From positions 5,809,535 through 5,873,534 of the forward strand of contig NW_002060949.1 of the NCBI RefSeq assembly GCF_000150275.1: a DNA stretch of 64,000 bases, read 5' to 3'. The notes below the pieces were generated by a model. It did no database searches. It was not told the DNA's origin and saw nothing but the letters and a program-made list of their open reading frames with translations. Both the position numbers and the translations under genes were made by a program. Positions within the stretch are counted from its first letter, which is position 1; each line of letters opens with the position of its first letter. Below are positions 51,385-64,000 of this stretch, piece after piece. The stretch is from Trichoplax adhaerens. Taxonomy: Eukaryota > Animalia > Placozoa.

Positions 51385-52465
51385 ATATGGGCTAGTCATG
51401 GCTGCAAAACCTTGTGTCTAAACAGCATGTATATGGGCTAGATGGCTGCAAAACCTTGTGTCTAAACAGCATGTATATGGGCTTGATGGCTGCAAAACCT
51501 TGGTGTCTAAACAGCATGTACTGTATATGGGCTGGATGGCTGCAAAACCTTGTGTCTAAACAGCATGTATATAGGCTTGATGGCTGCAAAACCTTGGTGT
51601 CTAAACAGCATGTACTGTATATGGGCTAGATGGCTGCAAAACCTTGTGTCTAAACAGCATGTATATGGGCTAGATGGCTGCAAAACCTTGGTGTCTAAAC
51701 AGCATGTACTGTATATGGGCTAGATGGCTGCAAAACCTTGTGTCTAAACAGCATGTATATGGGCTAGATGGCTGCAAAACCTTGGTGTCTAAACAGCATG
51801 TACTGTATATGGGCTAGATGGCTGCAAAACCTTGTGTCTAAACTGCATGTTGCAATAGCAATAGATTTACTCCATAGTCTACTCATATGGGCGAGTCATG
51901 GCTGCAAAACCTTGTGTCTAAACAGTACTAGTGCAAACTCCCGTCGCTTTGCTGACGGTTTACGATAATGTGCTCATTTAACAGATAGTATTACCATTTG
52001 TCGTAGACCTGTCAGAGGTTCAGTAACTTTATACCGTAAACAGCATGTTGCAATAGCGATAGACTTACTCCATAGTCTACTCATATGGCCGAGCCATGGC
52101 TGCAAAACCCTGTGTCTAAACGGCATGCATATGGGCTAGATGGCTGCAAAACCTTGTGTCTAAACAGCATATTGCAATAGCGATAAGTTTACTCCGTAGT
52201 CTACTCATATGGGCTAGTCATGGCTGCAAAACCTTGTGTCTAAACAGCATGTTGCAATAGCGATAAGTTTACTCCGTAGTCTACTCATATGGGCGAGTCA
52301 TGGCTGCAAAACTTAGTGTCTAAACAGCATGTTGCAATAGCGATAGATTTACCCCATAGTCTACTCATATGGGCGAGCCATGGCTGCAAAACCCTGTGTC
52401 TAAACAGCATGCATATGGGCTAGATGGCTGCAAAACCTTGTGTCTAAACAGCATGTTGCAATAGC
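51385..52465 (+). repeat. Minisatellite: alternating 44/50-bp units (94-bp higher-order repeat) grading into ~80-bp units
   Basis: Core atatgggctagatggctgcaaaaccttgtgtctaaacagcatgt repeated ~17 times; units at 51431, 51475, 51525, 51569, 51619, 51663, 51713, 51757, 51807. Confidence 0.97.
51926..52036 (-). mobile_element. 111-bp insertion in the minisatellite carrying a Helitron-like 3' end
   Basis: Interrupts a repeat unit, flanked by TAAACAG on both sides; minus strand ends CCGTC-A-GC-AAA-GC-GACGG-gagtttgca-CTAG|T. Confidence 0.6.
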
Positions 52466-53097
52466 TGAAATGGAAACAATTTAGATCGATATTAGTCGGT
52501 TGTTTCTGTCTTGATCTGATTGGAAATGCAACCAACATTACGACAACATGTTGGATTGCATTCATTTACTATCGACAAGGCTAGTTCGAGCTGGTTTTTT
52601 TTCAGCTATCGCATGCCATTGGATTTTCGGAGATAGCAGAAACTTAAGCAAATAGACTGTCACTTTTTTACTGGTAATTTCGCTCATGTTGACTTAATTA
52701 ACCGCCTACTAAATCAGGCAAAAAAATGAAGTGGTGGATGCAGCCATGGCAATACTCTGCCATACTGTATACTATAGGAGTAGAGTATAGACTGCAATAT
52801 ACTATTCAGTTCAGTATAACTACGTCCATGGCAATAGTATGACCAAGACTTTCTTCAGCGTACTATATAGGACACTTATGGAAACCTATACCATCCAATC
52901 ATACAAGGTGATCAAACGGCTAAGCCTAGAGACGCTTTTAATACTCCCCGGGTGTCCACAGCATTTTTCCATACAAGGCAATAAATCTATTCGCCTTTCA
53001 AGTTCAAGTATAGAATAGACTATTGACCAGCCTAAACAGGACATACTCATACATGCAAGAGATCACGAGTAGGATGCTCCATTTGGGATACAGTAAT

Positions 53098-54215
53098 CCA
53101 AAATGACTGATACTGACGCCAGCGAGAGACGTTACTAATGCTGAAAAAATGCAACCCCTAAAAAACTCCAATACAATAAGTGATATGGTATAAAGATGCA
53201 TAGACTCTGAAATCAGTCCATATTCTAACGATACCAGCAAGGCATTAAATTAACTTAACCAGTGCAATGCATTGCAATGGGTACGTCTTTGGAGTGAAGA
53301 ACGGGATTAAATCGATATATATGTATAGTATATAATTCATGTGTACTAGTTACCTTATGAGTATCACTAATTGCGATATATCCGTACGTTTATAACAATA
53401 ACATGTATATATATAGTATATAATTCAGGTATACTAGTTACCTTATGAGTATAACTAATTGTGATATATCCGTATACTATCACCATATTAAGATGGAACA
53501 CTGTAGCCTAACATAAAGTAGAGAAAATGGCTATTCAACACTGTGGGTTGGATTAGTACTCACTCTACAATGTACATAAGAGTAGTTTACCATAAATCAG
53601 TATAGTTGCACCCATACATGAACTGTCTTCTTTTTCTAAACCCGAAATCATGCTAGCATCCATTCAATACAACTCCTTGAGGTATCTTGCTAGCATCCAT
53701 TCCAAAATGACTGATTGATACTGACGCCAGCAATAGACATTACTGATGCTGAATGCAACACCTAAAATCTCCTATACAATAAGTGATATGATATAAAGAT
53801 GCATAGACTCTGAAATCAGTCAATGTTAGAACGATACCAGTAAGGCATTAAATTAACTTAACCAGTGCAATGCATTGCAATGGGTACGTCTTTGGAGTGA
53901 AGAACGGGATTAAATCGATATATATATAGTATATAATTCATGTATACTAGTTACCTTATGAGTATAACTAATTGTGATATATCCGTATATACAGTATACA
54001 GCATATATTTATGATTAATATCATTAAAACGTTGTACTACTATCACCATATTAAGATGTAACGCTGTAGCCTAACATAATGTAGAGAAAACGGCTATTCA
54101 ACACTGTGGCTTGCTTATGGACTTACTCTACAATGCACATAAGAGTAGCTAACCTTAAATCACTGAAGTAGCGTGCATACAAAAACAGTCTTCTTTTTCT
54201 AACCACCGAAATACG
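53098..54215 (+). repeat. ~600-bp tandem segmental duplication (two copies), copy 1 with an internal ~84-bp duplication
   Basis: Near-identical blocks e.g. aaggcattaaattaacttaaccagtgcaatgcattgcaatgggtacgtctttggagtgaagaacggg at ~53239 and ~53842. Confidence 0.95.
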
Positions 54216-55050
54216 CGGAGTTGCTGCTATACAGTACATCGTATATGGAAAAATTGCAGCAATTCGGTATTAGCTATAAGATATAATGTACATCATACAA
54301 TATTCTACTGGACTATTGATAAACTATCAATATCCGTAAGCACGCAGAATTGCTGCTACATTGCGTGTATGAAGCAACTCCATTCATCAGCTATTAGCTA
54401 TACCTGCAAAATGACAATGCGTATTGTATAGAACATACTACTAGACTATTGATAAACTATCAATATCCGTTAGCACGCAGAATTGTTATTACACTACCTA
54501 TATGAAACAACTGCAGTCATCAGATATTCACTATAAAATAGAACGTCCATCATACAACATTCTACTACAGTAGACTATTTATAAATTATCAATGTCTATA
54601 ACCACACAGAGTTGCTATTACACTACGTGTATGAAATAACTGCAACCATTAGATATTAGCTGTAAAATATAACGTGCATCATACCGTATAATATCCAACT
54701 AGACTATTTATAAAGGATCAATATCCGTAAGCATGCAAAACAGCCTCATATACGTACATATACGTAGTATATGAAGCAACTGCAGTCGTAAGATATTTAA
54801 TGTAAAATAGAACGTGCATCATGACCCTAACCCTAACCCTAACCCAACATTCTACCAGATTATTTATAAATGTCAATATCCGTTAGTGAACAGAATTGCC
54901 ACTATATGATGAAGCAATTGCGGTCGTCAGATATAAATCGTAAAATAGCATGCATATCGTATAATATCCTATTTGATGATTTACAAATTGTTGAATATCT
55001 CTAGATATCTGGAATCGATATTATACTATGAAATAATTTCAGTCATCAAG
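54215..55050 (+). repeat. Degenerate ~130-bp tandem array (~6 copies)
   Basis: gactatt(g/t)ataaa..atcaatatccgt recurs at ~54311, 54444, 54574, 54702, 54858. Confidence 0.85.
54824..54845 (-). repeat. Interstitial telomeric repeat, ~3.5 x TTAGGG
   Basis: accctaaccctaaccctaaccc present in only one unit of the 130-bp array. Confidence 0.8.
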
Positions 55051-55797
55051 TGATAGTTTTATTCATATGCGAATATAATCTCTATCATAGTAGTATTTAC
55101 ATCAAACAACTTAATAGTAATCAGCGATACCATTATGGCCATAGAATTACAAGTTAGAGAAATATTTTTCTTTTCATACTTAATATTTTTTACGCCTTTT
55201 TATTATTTGTTTTTATGTCATTGAAATCCTTCATTACAAAAAATTTCTATACAGTGTAAAATCTTAATCCAACACAGAGATTGACTAGAATATTAAATTT
55301 TACCAAGATTTCCAATCTTGAATTCGTCTTACTAATATTTTTAGCATGCTACTGAAATGTTCCAAGTCAAAGATTGATCCAATCTTGAATTAATTTGAAA
55401 TTAATATAAACAGTATTATATTTAACTTTACCTGCAGAATAATAGAACCTGCTTCTCAGGTTAACATTGTAAAGGAACATTCGCAAATACGGCACATCAT
55501 TGACGATGATACCATCAGTAGCTCTTCCATACACGAAAGACATTAAAATATCCATCTTACGATTAAATTATTCTTCCTCGCACAGTATAACAGATAAGAT
55601 ATTAATCAGAAGATTGAACAATCCGCTAAAGATCGATTCAAGCAATAGAGAATAGAATGAAGACATGCTATGTTCTATACAAACATGTGCTGTATAAATA
55701 AATTCTTATACTTACAATCTACATAACAAGTCTCAACATTATGGATTTGGTCGACTTATAGTAGGGCACAATTAAATAATTTTTTTCGATATAAAAA

Positions 55798-57262
55798 TTA
55801 CTTCTTAATTGTTATGACTTGAACAATAGTACTTATTGCTTTAGAATTACGAAACATCCAAGCCGGTATATTCCGACGTAGAATAGCTCGAAAATGTTCA
55901 TTACGAAATAAAATTATTAATGGATTAGCAATGCATGATATGTAGCTAAAAGAGATTACAATTAGTGCTTTTTTGGTAATATCGGGCCGGATAATAGGAT
56001 CAAATGAATCAAGAATTGTACCAATAGCCATTGGAAAGTAAGACAGTTGACATATTAATATAATTATCAATATTGTAACTGCTAATTTCATTTCTTTCCT
56101 TCTACGTAAATTTAGTAATCGATCTTGACCATTCATCATCGATTCGCCATCAGTAAAATCATTGGCATAGTTAAAATTGCTAATTCGTCGTTGACTGCGG
56201 AGAAATTCCCTATAAATGCGCCAGTAGCAAATTAATATTATTGTAAATGGAATTACTTGAATAAGTAAGGTACGAACAATAAACATGACGATGTAGTCTA
56301 TTCCAAGAGATAATTTGGTCAAGGGTAAGCATGTTCCATCATAATGATTGAAAATAAATTTACCCCACCATCCTAGTACTTGCGGTAATACCAATGGCAA
56401 GGGCAGTATCCAATTACAACAACACATAATGACAACATTTTTACCCGCAGATATTTTATATAATCGTATAGGCTTAACAACGGCTAGATAGCGAATGATA
56501 GCTAGTAAAGTCATGGAATAGATGTTTACAAGAGAGAAGTAAAGAGGTAGTCCAAACTTAAACCGGCATATGATAGAATTTTCCAAATGGATAGGCGTCT
56601 GACCTCGGTAAATTTTCAACGTTAATGGAAATAAGACAGCAAAGCTATATTTTTGGATCGGAATCGGTTTTAATGTCCGATTGATATGGAAGAGGATAAA
56701 AGCAGAGTTTACGATTAGATCGATTGAAAGGCAATATACATATAAATGTGTAAATGATTTCTACTACCCGAAATAGTTATTATGTTGTATTGACTGATTT
56801 GGTAGATTAGCTTTATTCAAACTATTGAGTAGGCAATTCCTCTCAAAACTCCGATAAATAAGTTACTACTCCTGTCGATATATAGTCATTGTGGTAAGGA
56901 AATAATGCAGCGGAAAAACAAAAATTGTACTACTACAATTATTAAGGAATCACAACTATAAAATGGCTGAAATTATATCCTAATATCGCATTTCGTATTT
57001 AATGTACAGTCTATTAAACAGAAGAAATTGCTTACCTTGCTATGATGTATACTGCTTCAGATAACGCTAAATTTAATGTTAGCATATGATGTAGCCTCAT
57101 ATGGCTCCATTTCTTAACGGTGAATAGGCATAGAATTATATTCCCTAGTGAGCCAGCCACTAGAGCAATAAATTGAAAAATGATAAAACCTAACGCTCCA
57201 GCTTTGCTGCCATGATGTATATCATTGCTTTGCGATTCATTTAATATCCTTTCGATTATCAT
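55798..57262 (-). CDS. Rhodopsin-class (class A) GPCR, 2 exons
   Basis: TM1 GSLGNIILC, TM2 LNLALSE, exon 2 from ~56644: TM3 C...LLAIIRYLAVVKP, TM4 W, ECL2 GTC, TM5 IPFTIILICYWRIY, TM6 SYFP, TM7 SCIANPLII, helix 8 NEHFR. Confidence 0.93.
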
Positions 57263-57689
57263 TTTCTGACTTAATGCTAAGCTTACTCGTATAAAGTAAC
57301 TGATGTAGAGGTCTTATAGCACACTGATTTACATAAGTAAATGACTTGCTTAATATATTATCGTTAAAAATGTCAATTTCACGGTGAGACTATAATGTAA
57401 TTTTTATTGTACTTATAGGTATTAATATTTTCTTAATGTTTTCAATAACAAGAAAATAATTCATAGCATAATTGATCTGATTTAAGTATAATTAAAAGTA
57501 GAGAGCTACTTCTTAATTGACATCGGAGACAGAATAGATAATTCATTTTTTTAACAACATATAATATAATGCACTGATTGATAAACGCGACAGAATGTCA
57601 ACAAATGTATCACGACAGACTATAATTATTGTCTGACATTCATGTTATATTGACTTTCTGTCTTGCCAAGATATGTCTCATATCAATAA

Positions 57690-58800
57690 TTTGATAACAT
57701 TTTACTCTATTTTAAAACTTTAAAGAATAAATTGTTAACCTTACATGACAGTTCATTAACGCGCTCAATCCATTAGTAAATTGAAAGGTAGACAACTTAA
57801 AATTTAATATTTTAATGGGTAAATTGATAATCTTACTTATAAGTTCGCTAAGTTGACAGACTCATTTCATTAGTAAATGGAAGATAGACAACTTAAGATT
57901 TACTCTATTTTAATACTTCAAAGAATTAATTGTTAGTATTGCTTGTAAGTTCATTATCAGATTCATTCCATTAGTAAATAGATGATAGACAACTTAACAT
58001 TTATTCCATTATAATACTTTAAAGAATAAATTGTTCATATTAGTTGTAAGTTCATAAACAAATTTAATTCGTTGCTAAATGACAGATAGACAACTCAAAT
58101 TTTATTCTAATATAACCTTCTAAAAAGTAAAACTATTAATATTACTTGTAAGTTTATAAAATCATTTCATTAGTAAATGGAAGATGCACAACTTAAGATT
58201 TATTCTAATATAATCTCCCAAAAAAATAAACTGTTAATATTACTTGTAAGTTCATTAACAAAATCATTTCATTAGTAAATGGAAGATGGACAACTTAAAA
58301 TTTACTCCATTGTAATCTTTCAAAAAATGAATTTGTTAATATTACTTGTAAGTTCATTAACAATCATTTCATTGGCAAATGGAAGATGGACAACTTAAAA
58401 TTTACCCCATTGTAATCTTTCAAAAAATGAATTTGTTAATATTACTTGTCAGTTCATTAACAATCATTTCATTGGCAAATGGAAGATGGATAACTTAAAA
58501 TTTACCCCATTGTAATCTTTCAAAAAATGAATTTGTTAATATTACTTGTAAGTTCATTAACAATCATTTCATTGGCAAATGGAAGATGGATAACTTAAAA
58601 TATTTACTCCATTGTAATCTTTCAAAAAATGAATTTGTTAATATTACTTGTAAGTTCATTAACAATCATTTCATTGGCAAATGGAAGATGGACATGTTGA
58701 GATTGGCTCCATTATAATAATTCAAAGAATAAATTGTTAATATTACTTGTAAGTTCATGAACAAATTTATTTTATTGATAAATGGAAGATTGACATCTTC
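57690..58800 (+). repeat. 100-bp tandem array, ~11 copies, homogeneous core with diverged flanks
   Basis: ggaagatgga at 58281, 58381, 58481, 58581, 58683; degenerate copies at ~57780-58180 and ~58784. Confidence 0.95.
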
Positions 58801-61369
58801 TAATGCGTCAACACGAACAGAAAAATATCATGTAGTAATAATTACAAGATCAACATCCGATGATTTTGTTTATTTTCCTCATTGGTGTAGTGAGAATGAT
58901 ATTCAATTACATCATGATAATTGATTATTTTAGTTCTGTCAGTCAGTCAGTAGAGAGATCTCAATGTTTCAAACAACAAGTTATCATTGTTTACGAAGGA
59001 CTACCCTACTGAGAATGTTGAATATTACAACTCTATTAGCATGTATCTGACCAATAGCATGCCAATGATTAAGATCAAGTGCATCAATAGCTTTTATGGA
59101 TAATAGTTTTTAAAAACAGATGTAATTTGAAGCGATCATTCTCACCACAGGTAATACTAGACAAACGTAAGACAAACATAAGCTATAATATATGCGTCTA
59201 GTAGACTCCAAGATCTGACTGTTTTACGTTGATAGAGATACTGCTGAAGCGACTCCATAGTTCTGGTATACTTTCCAGAACGTAGTTTTATTCAGACTCT
59301 TAGACTGTATCTAGCTCGTTCACTACTCCTATCTGCTTATTTTGTCGATTCTGCAAAATAGACGAAATTTTTATAGCTATTTTAGTGATATTTCTGTCTA
59401 TGCAACAGAAGGGAGTTCGAGTCTAATAAGCAGGGGACCACATAAAATATTATGGGAACTTTTTTTTCAGCTTTATCCCTTCCAATTTACCACATTCCTA
59501 TTCTAGCTATACTTCGAGTTAAATTTCTACTAGATCGTATATCATCAACAAATTACCGTAATTACTAATGACATACCCCACAACATGAAAATAATCAAAC
59601 TACTCTAAAATAAAGGCTCTAACTTAGGATCGCTATTAATGACGTAAAAATGCTAATCTAAATTATAAAATTACTAGGGGTAAGGATCTACATGATATAA
59701 TAGTCAGGCACAATATTAGAAGTATTGTTCAAAATCGATTGATTAAAGATTGCTATTCGATTATAATTCGCATAATATTTTTAATATGCCTATAAAATTA
59801 TAATTATATAAAACGTGATAAATTCTCAATGGCTTATTTAATCAGAAATAATGATTACTATTGAAGCTATACGGCGTAGGAGTACAAGATTAATCTTAAA
59901 TTGCATTAAAAATGATAAGTAATTGTATTTTCAATCTCGTAATAGCCATCTAATTAACTTCTACATATACAACTTATTGACTAGAGAGTCGGTAAACACA
60001 GTGATAGCATATCTCGCTCTATAAAATAACCTTGAAAAAGAGCTTGCACATATATCGTAAGCATCCATTTATGATACGCTTTCATGTTATTATTTTTTAT
60101 TAAAGTACATATGTTTTCCTATACTATATTTTGCTAAAAATTTTCAGTATTACTTAGTAATCTCCTTAATCATCGCATATATTAAAAATTTAATTTCATT
60201 TAATCTGCTTGTAATAAAATAGTTTGACTTTGCAGTACTTATTATGAGTAAGTATATAAATATCATAAACTTTTAGGCTAATCATAAGAACTTATTATAT
60301 TTTCTTCTATTACTTCATTTAATAGGTTTACGGTGGAACAAATTAATGACTTGTATAATATGGATTGATTGTCATGAGATACTATGATAAACTATCTCAA
60401 CAATCGCACCACATTATGATTTAAATTTGATACCCTCGATTTAGAGTGCTGCAATTTTTGACCTTACAAATAATGAAAAGGCTACTCTAGTAGAGCAAGG
60501 ATTTATAATCATCGCTGCTATTGACATACAAACTGAAACTATAATCAACAAATATTCAGCATCTATCATAGCCACAGTAGATTCATATTGGATTTCCATT
60601 TGGCAAAAGCTATCATTTCAACATTTTCATGACCTTTTCTCCTTACTATCACCTTAAAATGTTTCCACTTTGACTGATGGCTCACGAAATAATGCCCTCC
60701 TTCTTTAAAAATATCGCGGATATATTAAATTTTGTTCGGACAGGAAATGCGACAATTTTTAATAGTCTCTGAGTCATCCAAGTTTTATCTAAACAACTAA
60801 TATAAGAAAATACAACTATACAAGAAACTCTTTATGATATCCTTGTTGTCTAGTGCAAATATTGAAGTATATTAAAAAAGTGATTTAGATTGTTAAATTG
60901 CAATCGAGAAATGGAGGACAAGGTTCTGAGTAAAAGGTGCTCTACTAGTCTATACAATAGATATTCATGCCGCCGATGATTTGTTTTGACTATAATTTTA
61001 AAAGATAAATAAAGTTTTCACAGACAGTGTCATTCATAATTTAGTTCATTAATCATTCTTTCCAGAAAGCACAGTACTCGGTCTTTTACAGTAACTATCG
61101 TAAACAAGTGCAGCTAATTTTTGATTGAGCCAACAATAAAAATTTTCCGAATGCGACTTGCTCATTAAATTAACAAAGGCGTTTTAAAATACGGAAGCTA
61201 CGCAAATTTATTACAGATATTTATTTACTAAAGTCTTTCAATTCATTGATTTGAGAGTCTGTTTCTTGTTGATTCAATAACAGCTTTGATGAAGAAGATC
61301 GATAATAAAGTATATGCAGGAAATAGATAAAAATACTGGTCATCACCCGAAGTAAAAGTAGATGTGCCC

Positions 61370-61590
61370 AGGTTTAAATGAATAGTTATGACCTCTATCT
61401 TCATTGTTAACGTTGTGATATCGCTTGAAGATGAATAAAAAAATGATAGATTAGTAGTAAAACAAAGTTTAAATATATGTATCTAGGTTTAAATGAATAA
61501 TTACGATTTATAGTTCTTTCGTTAATGTATGATACTGTTTATTAAAGATGTACGCATAGAAAATGATAGAGTGATACAAAGATGATTTTA
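61370..61590 (+). repeat. Degenerate ~115-bp tandem duplication
   Basis: aggtttaaatgaata...gttaa.gt..gata...aagatg...aaaatgataga at 61370 and 61485. Confidence 0.6.
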
Positions 61591-64000
61591 AACTGATCGA
61601 TTCATTAGTGTAAACTAAACCATACTGATGAGCGACACTATCGGATTACTTATTTTTTAGTAGCATTTTTAATTTATATCATTACATTGGTTTATGATAG
61701 GGATCATAATACCATATAGAAATGTTGATAAACTATCGCTGTGTTTATACTGTATTGTATTCTAGCCGATACAGGCAAAGTAAATAAGAATCTCGCCCTT
61801 AAAACTTATTTCATCAATCGAAAGTAAAAAGCTTTTCTTAAGGTTATCAATTCAGATCGCTTTTATATTAGCACCAAAGGTATTTGTTGAGAAAATTTGA
61901 TGATAGGAAATAGGAAAGCTTAGGATCGATTAACAAGTTCTGGTAAGATAAAGGGCGATTAACAGTTGTGTTTATGAAGTTTGATATTATTATTAGATAC
62001 TGATAATATTCCTTTAATTACAATAAAGTACTACCAGACTTGCATTTGCCACATTAACAAAAACAAAAATTGGCGCAAAATTAAATGAAAAATGACTTGA
62101 GTCATGCGTTATCAGTCAAGTAGTCATAACTTTTAATGAGCATGAAAGCGCTAATAAAGTGAAAATACGCTTACAAGAACCAAGAAATGTTTCTTTTCTT
62201 TCCTTAGGTAATATCATTTCATGAAAGAAAATACATTATATAAGGTACCATTTGATATTATAAGTCATATAAAGTAAATATCAAAGAAAATCTTTACAAG
62301 CAATCAAAGGACGTTGTCGAAATTTATGAAACCATGTACTGAACCAGCTACCAGCTTACTGTATCAATTAAATGAATAATTATAATCGGCTATATTAATT
62401 AATGTATCTATCACTTTCTCAAGTAACAAGAGATATATCTAACAAGATTAAGATAGCATATTACCGCGTAATATATATATATATATATATAGCTTGTCAT
62501 GTAATCGTACAGACTGTTTAGCACTACGGAAATAATTAATAGAAGTAGCAAAGTATTAGTCAAAAACTTTTTGAGGTGTAGCGTTAAGTAAAAGATTATG
62601 AAATCGCTTTCATTATACAATTTTGAGGTACTCGCAGTAGGCTCTCGGAATCAAGAATATTTTCGAGTTGCAATAGATTGTCCATACAATTAATAGCATA
62701 AAATTACACTTGCTATAATAGGCTAAACAATTTAAATTAAAGATACCTAAATCCTCGGTAATTTATAGATCGATTTTACGTCGTGAAGTGAATCTCTACA
62801 AGAAAATGAAGTTCCTATCATAATATTTTCGAGATACTTCATCATAGATTGATATAGTTGTTATACTTCTCGAGAGCTATGCTATGAGAGTCTAGTCTGT
62901 AAACAATTCTCTATTGCAAGAGATTCGGTATTTATGGTTATCAATTTTACACTACTTAACCTACCTACATTTCACTCTATTGTGCTTACATAAAATATAG
63001 TAAGTTTTAATTCAATATGAATTCACTCTTATGTCTCTGCGTACAGTCAAAGCTATTTGTTACAGTTATAGGTACTTTCTGCAAATTATTTTCCATATGA
63101 ATTCCTATTAATCATCAATTTTCATGTAAAATTTAATTAGCTACATTAAGCTAATACAGTACCGAAAGATATGTTTTTCCGTCATGGGATATACGTTGGT
63201 ATTTATCATTTCTACCACTATGAGGCTTATTTTACGTTCCCAAATATCATACTTATTAACATTAACTACTATAGCTATAGATTAATCGATATTAGAGATG
63301 TTGTAAAAAAACCTTGCTTGAGATATATCTCTTATTTCCTTTAAAAATAGCAAGAATTGTTTGACATTCTGAGTAAAATGATATTACTTTCCTTTATTAT
63401 ATTTCACAGCTGTGATTATTAATAATAGCTGGATAAGTATTTATGGGTAAATATCAATTTAATGTGCATGCATGTTGAATTTTTAATAGCCTAGAAATGT
63501 TACAAATTGCTTGTTCACAGAATACCTATACTAAAAGTGCCGTGCATTTTGGTCATTATTAAAGATGATAGGGAACTATAACAGCTAGCTTATTAAAAAT
63601 ATCAATACTTTGTTTACTTGTTAAGTGATTATTAGGACAGCTACATAAATAATGAAATGATGATCTAAATTTGAGTTACAGTTTCACTTCCTACAAAGAG
63701 AATGACTATGAGAGCCATACGTACATTTATTATTAATTATTATCCATTATCCTTTAATTATTGTTCCCAATGACAAAATTATCCAAAATGTTGCATCTTA
63801 TATCTGAAAATTAATTTTGATAAATATACAGCTGTAAGGGTGTTAAAGATTACCGTGAAGTATAAATGCGTTATATTGATCGTTATACAGTGGCTAGCTA
63901 ATCGTCAGAGTTATAGATTATCTATAAAACGTACTCACTTTCTAGCAAGGGCAAGTGAATTACTTCAATACGTAATTTATAAAAAGCTTAAAGGTCAGGT

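Noticed and set aside
51385-52465. CRISPR-like appearance of the regular repeats
   Set aside because: Units are contiguous with no unique spacers, there are no cas genes, and the context is eukaryotic; it is a minisatellite.
51392-52565. ORF-track calls inside the minisatellite (51392-51589, 51414-51629, 51768-51968, 52365-52565)
   Set aside because: Repetitive translations of the tandem unit on both strands; no coding evidence.
58800-64000. Hidden gene in the right-hand gene desert (including ORF 62411-62620)
   Set aside because: Only short low-complexity AT-rich ORFs; no consistent exon chain or recognisable motif.
1-64000. tRNA, rRNA or spliceosomal snRNA genes
   Set aside because: No recognisable T-loop/cloverleaf, rRNA, or U1/U2/U5/U6 signature found by eye.

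Overview
AT-rich eukaryotic (animal) genomic DNA with many short spliceosomal introns; the compact gene structure, TTAGGG-type repeats and gene set suggest an early-branching animal such as a placozoan (inference, not verified). Genes reconstructed by hand from splice sites and translation: two tandem peroxisomal acyl-CoA oxidases (ACOX1-like, both ending SKL; first is 5'-truncated by the window), an intronless basic/Ser-rich 319-aa orphan ORF, mRNA capping enzyme RNGTT head-to-head with SMNDC1/SPF30, EEF1D head-to-head with CPT2, an EGF-EGF-Ig-Ig-FN3 secreted/surface protein, a UBF (UBTF)-like HMG-box protein, and a rhodopsin-class GPCR. Non-coding features: dense (ACTGT/ACAGT)n pentamer tracts marking housekeeping promoters, a nuclear-receptor half-site cluster upstream of the second ACOX, several tandem repeats (94-bp dimeric minisatellite, ~600-bp duplication, ~130-bp and 100-bp arrays), two Helitron-like 3' termini, an interstitial telomeric insertion, 3-4 GC-AG introns and a candidate unannotated 66-aa four-exon gene. 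A 50-N assembly gap lies at 27552-27601. No prokaryotic system, CRISPR array, tRNA or rRNA was found.
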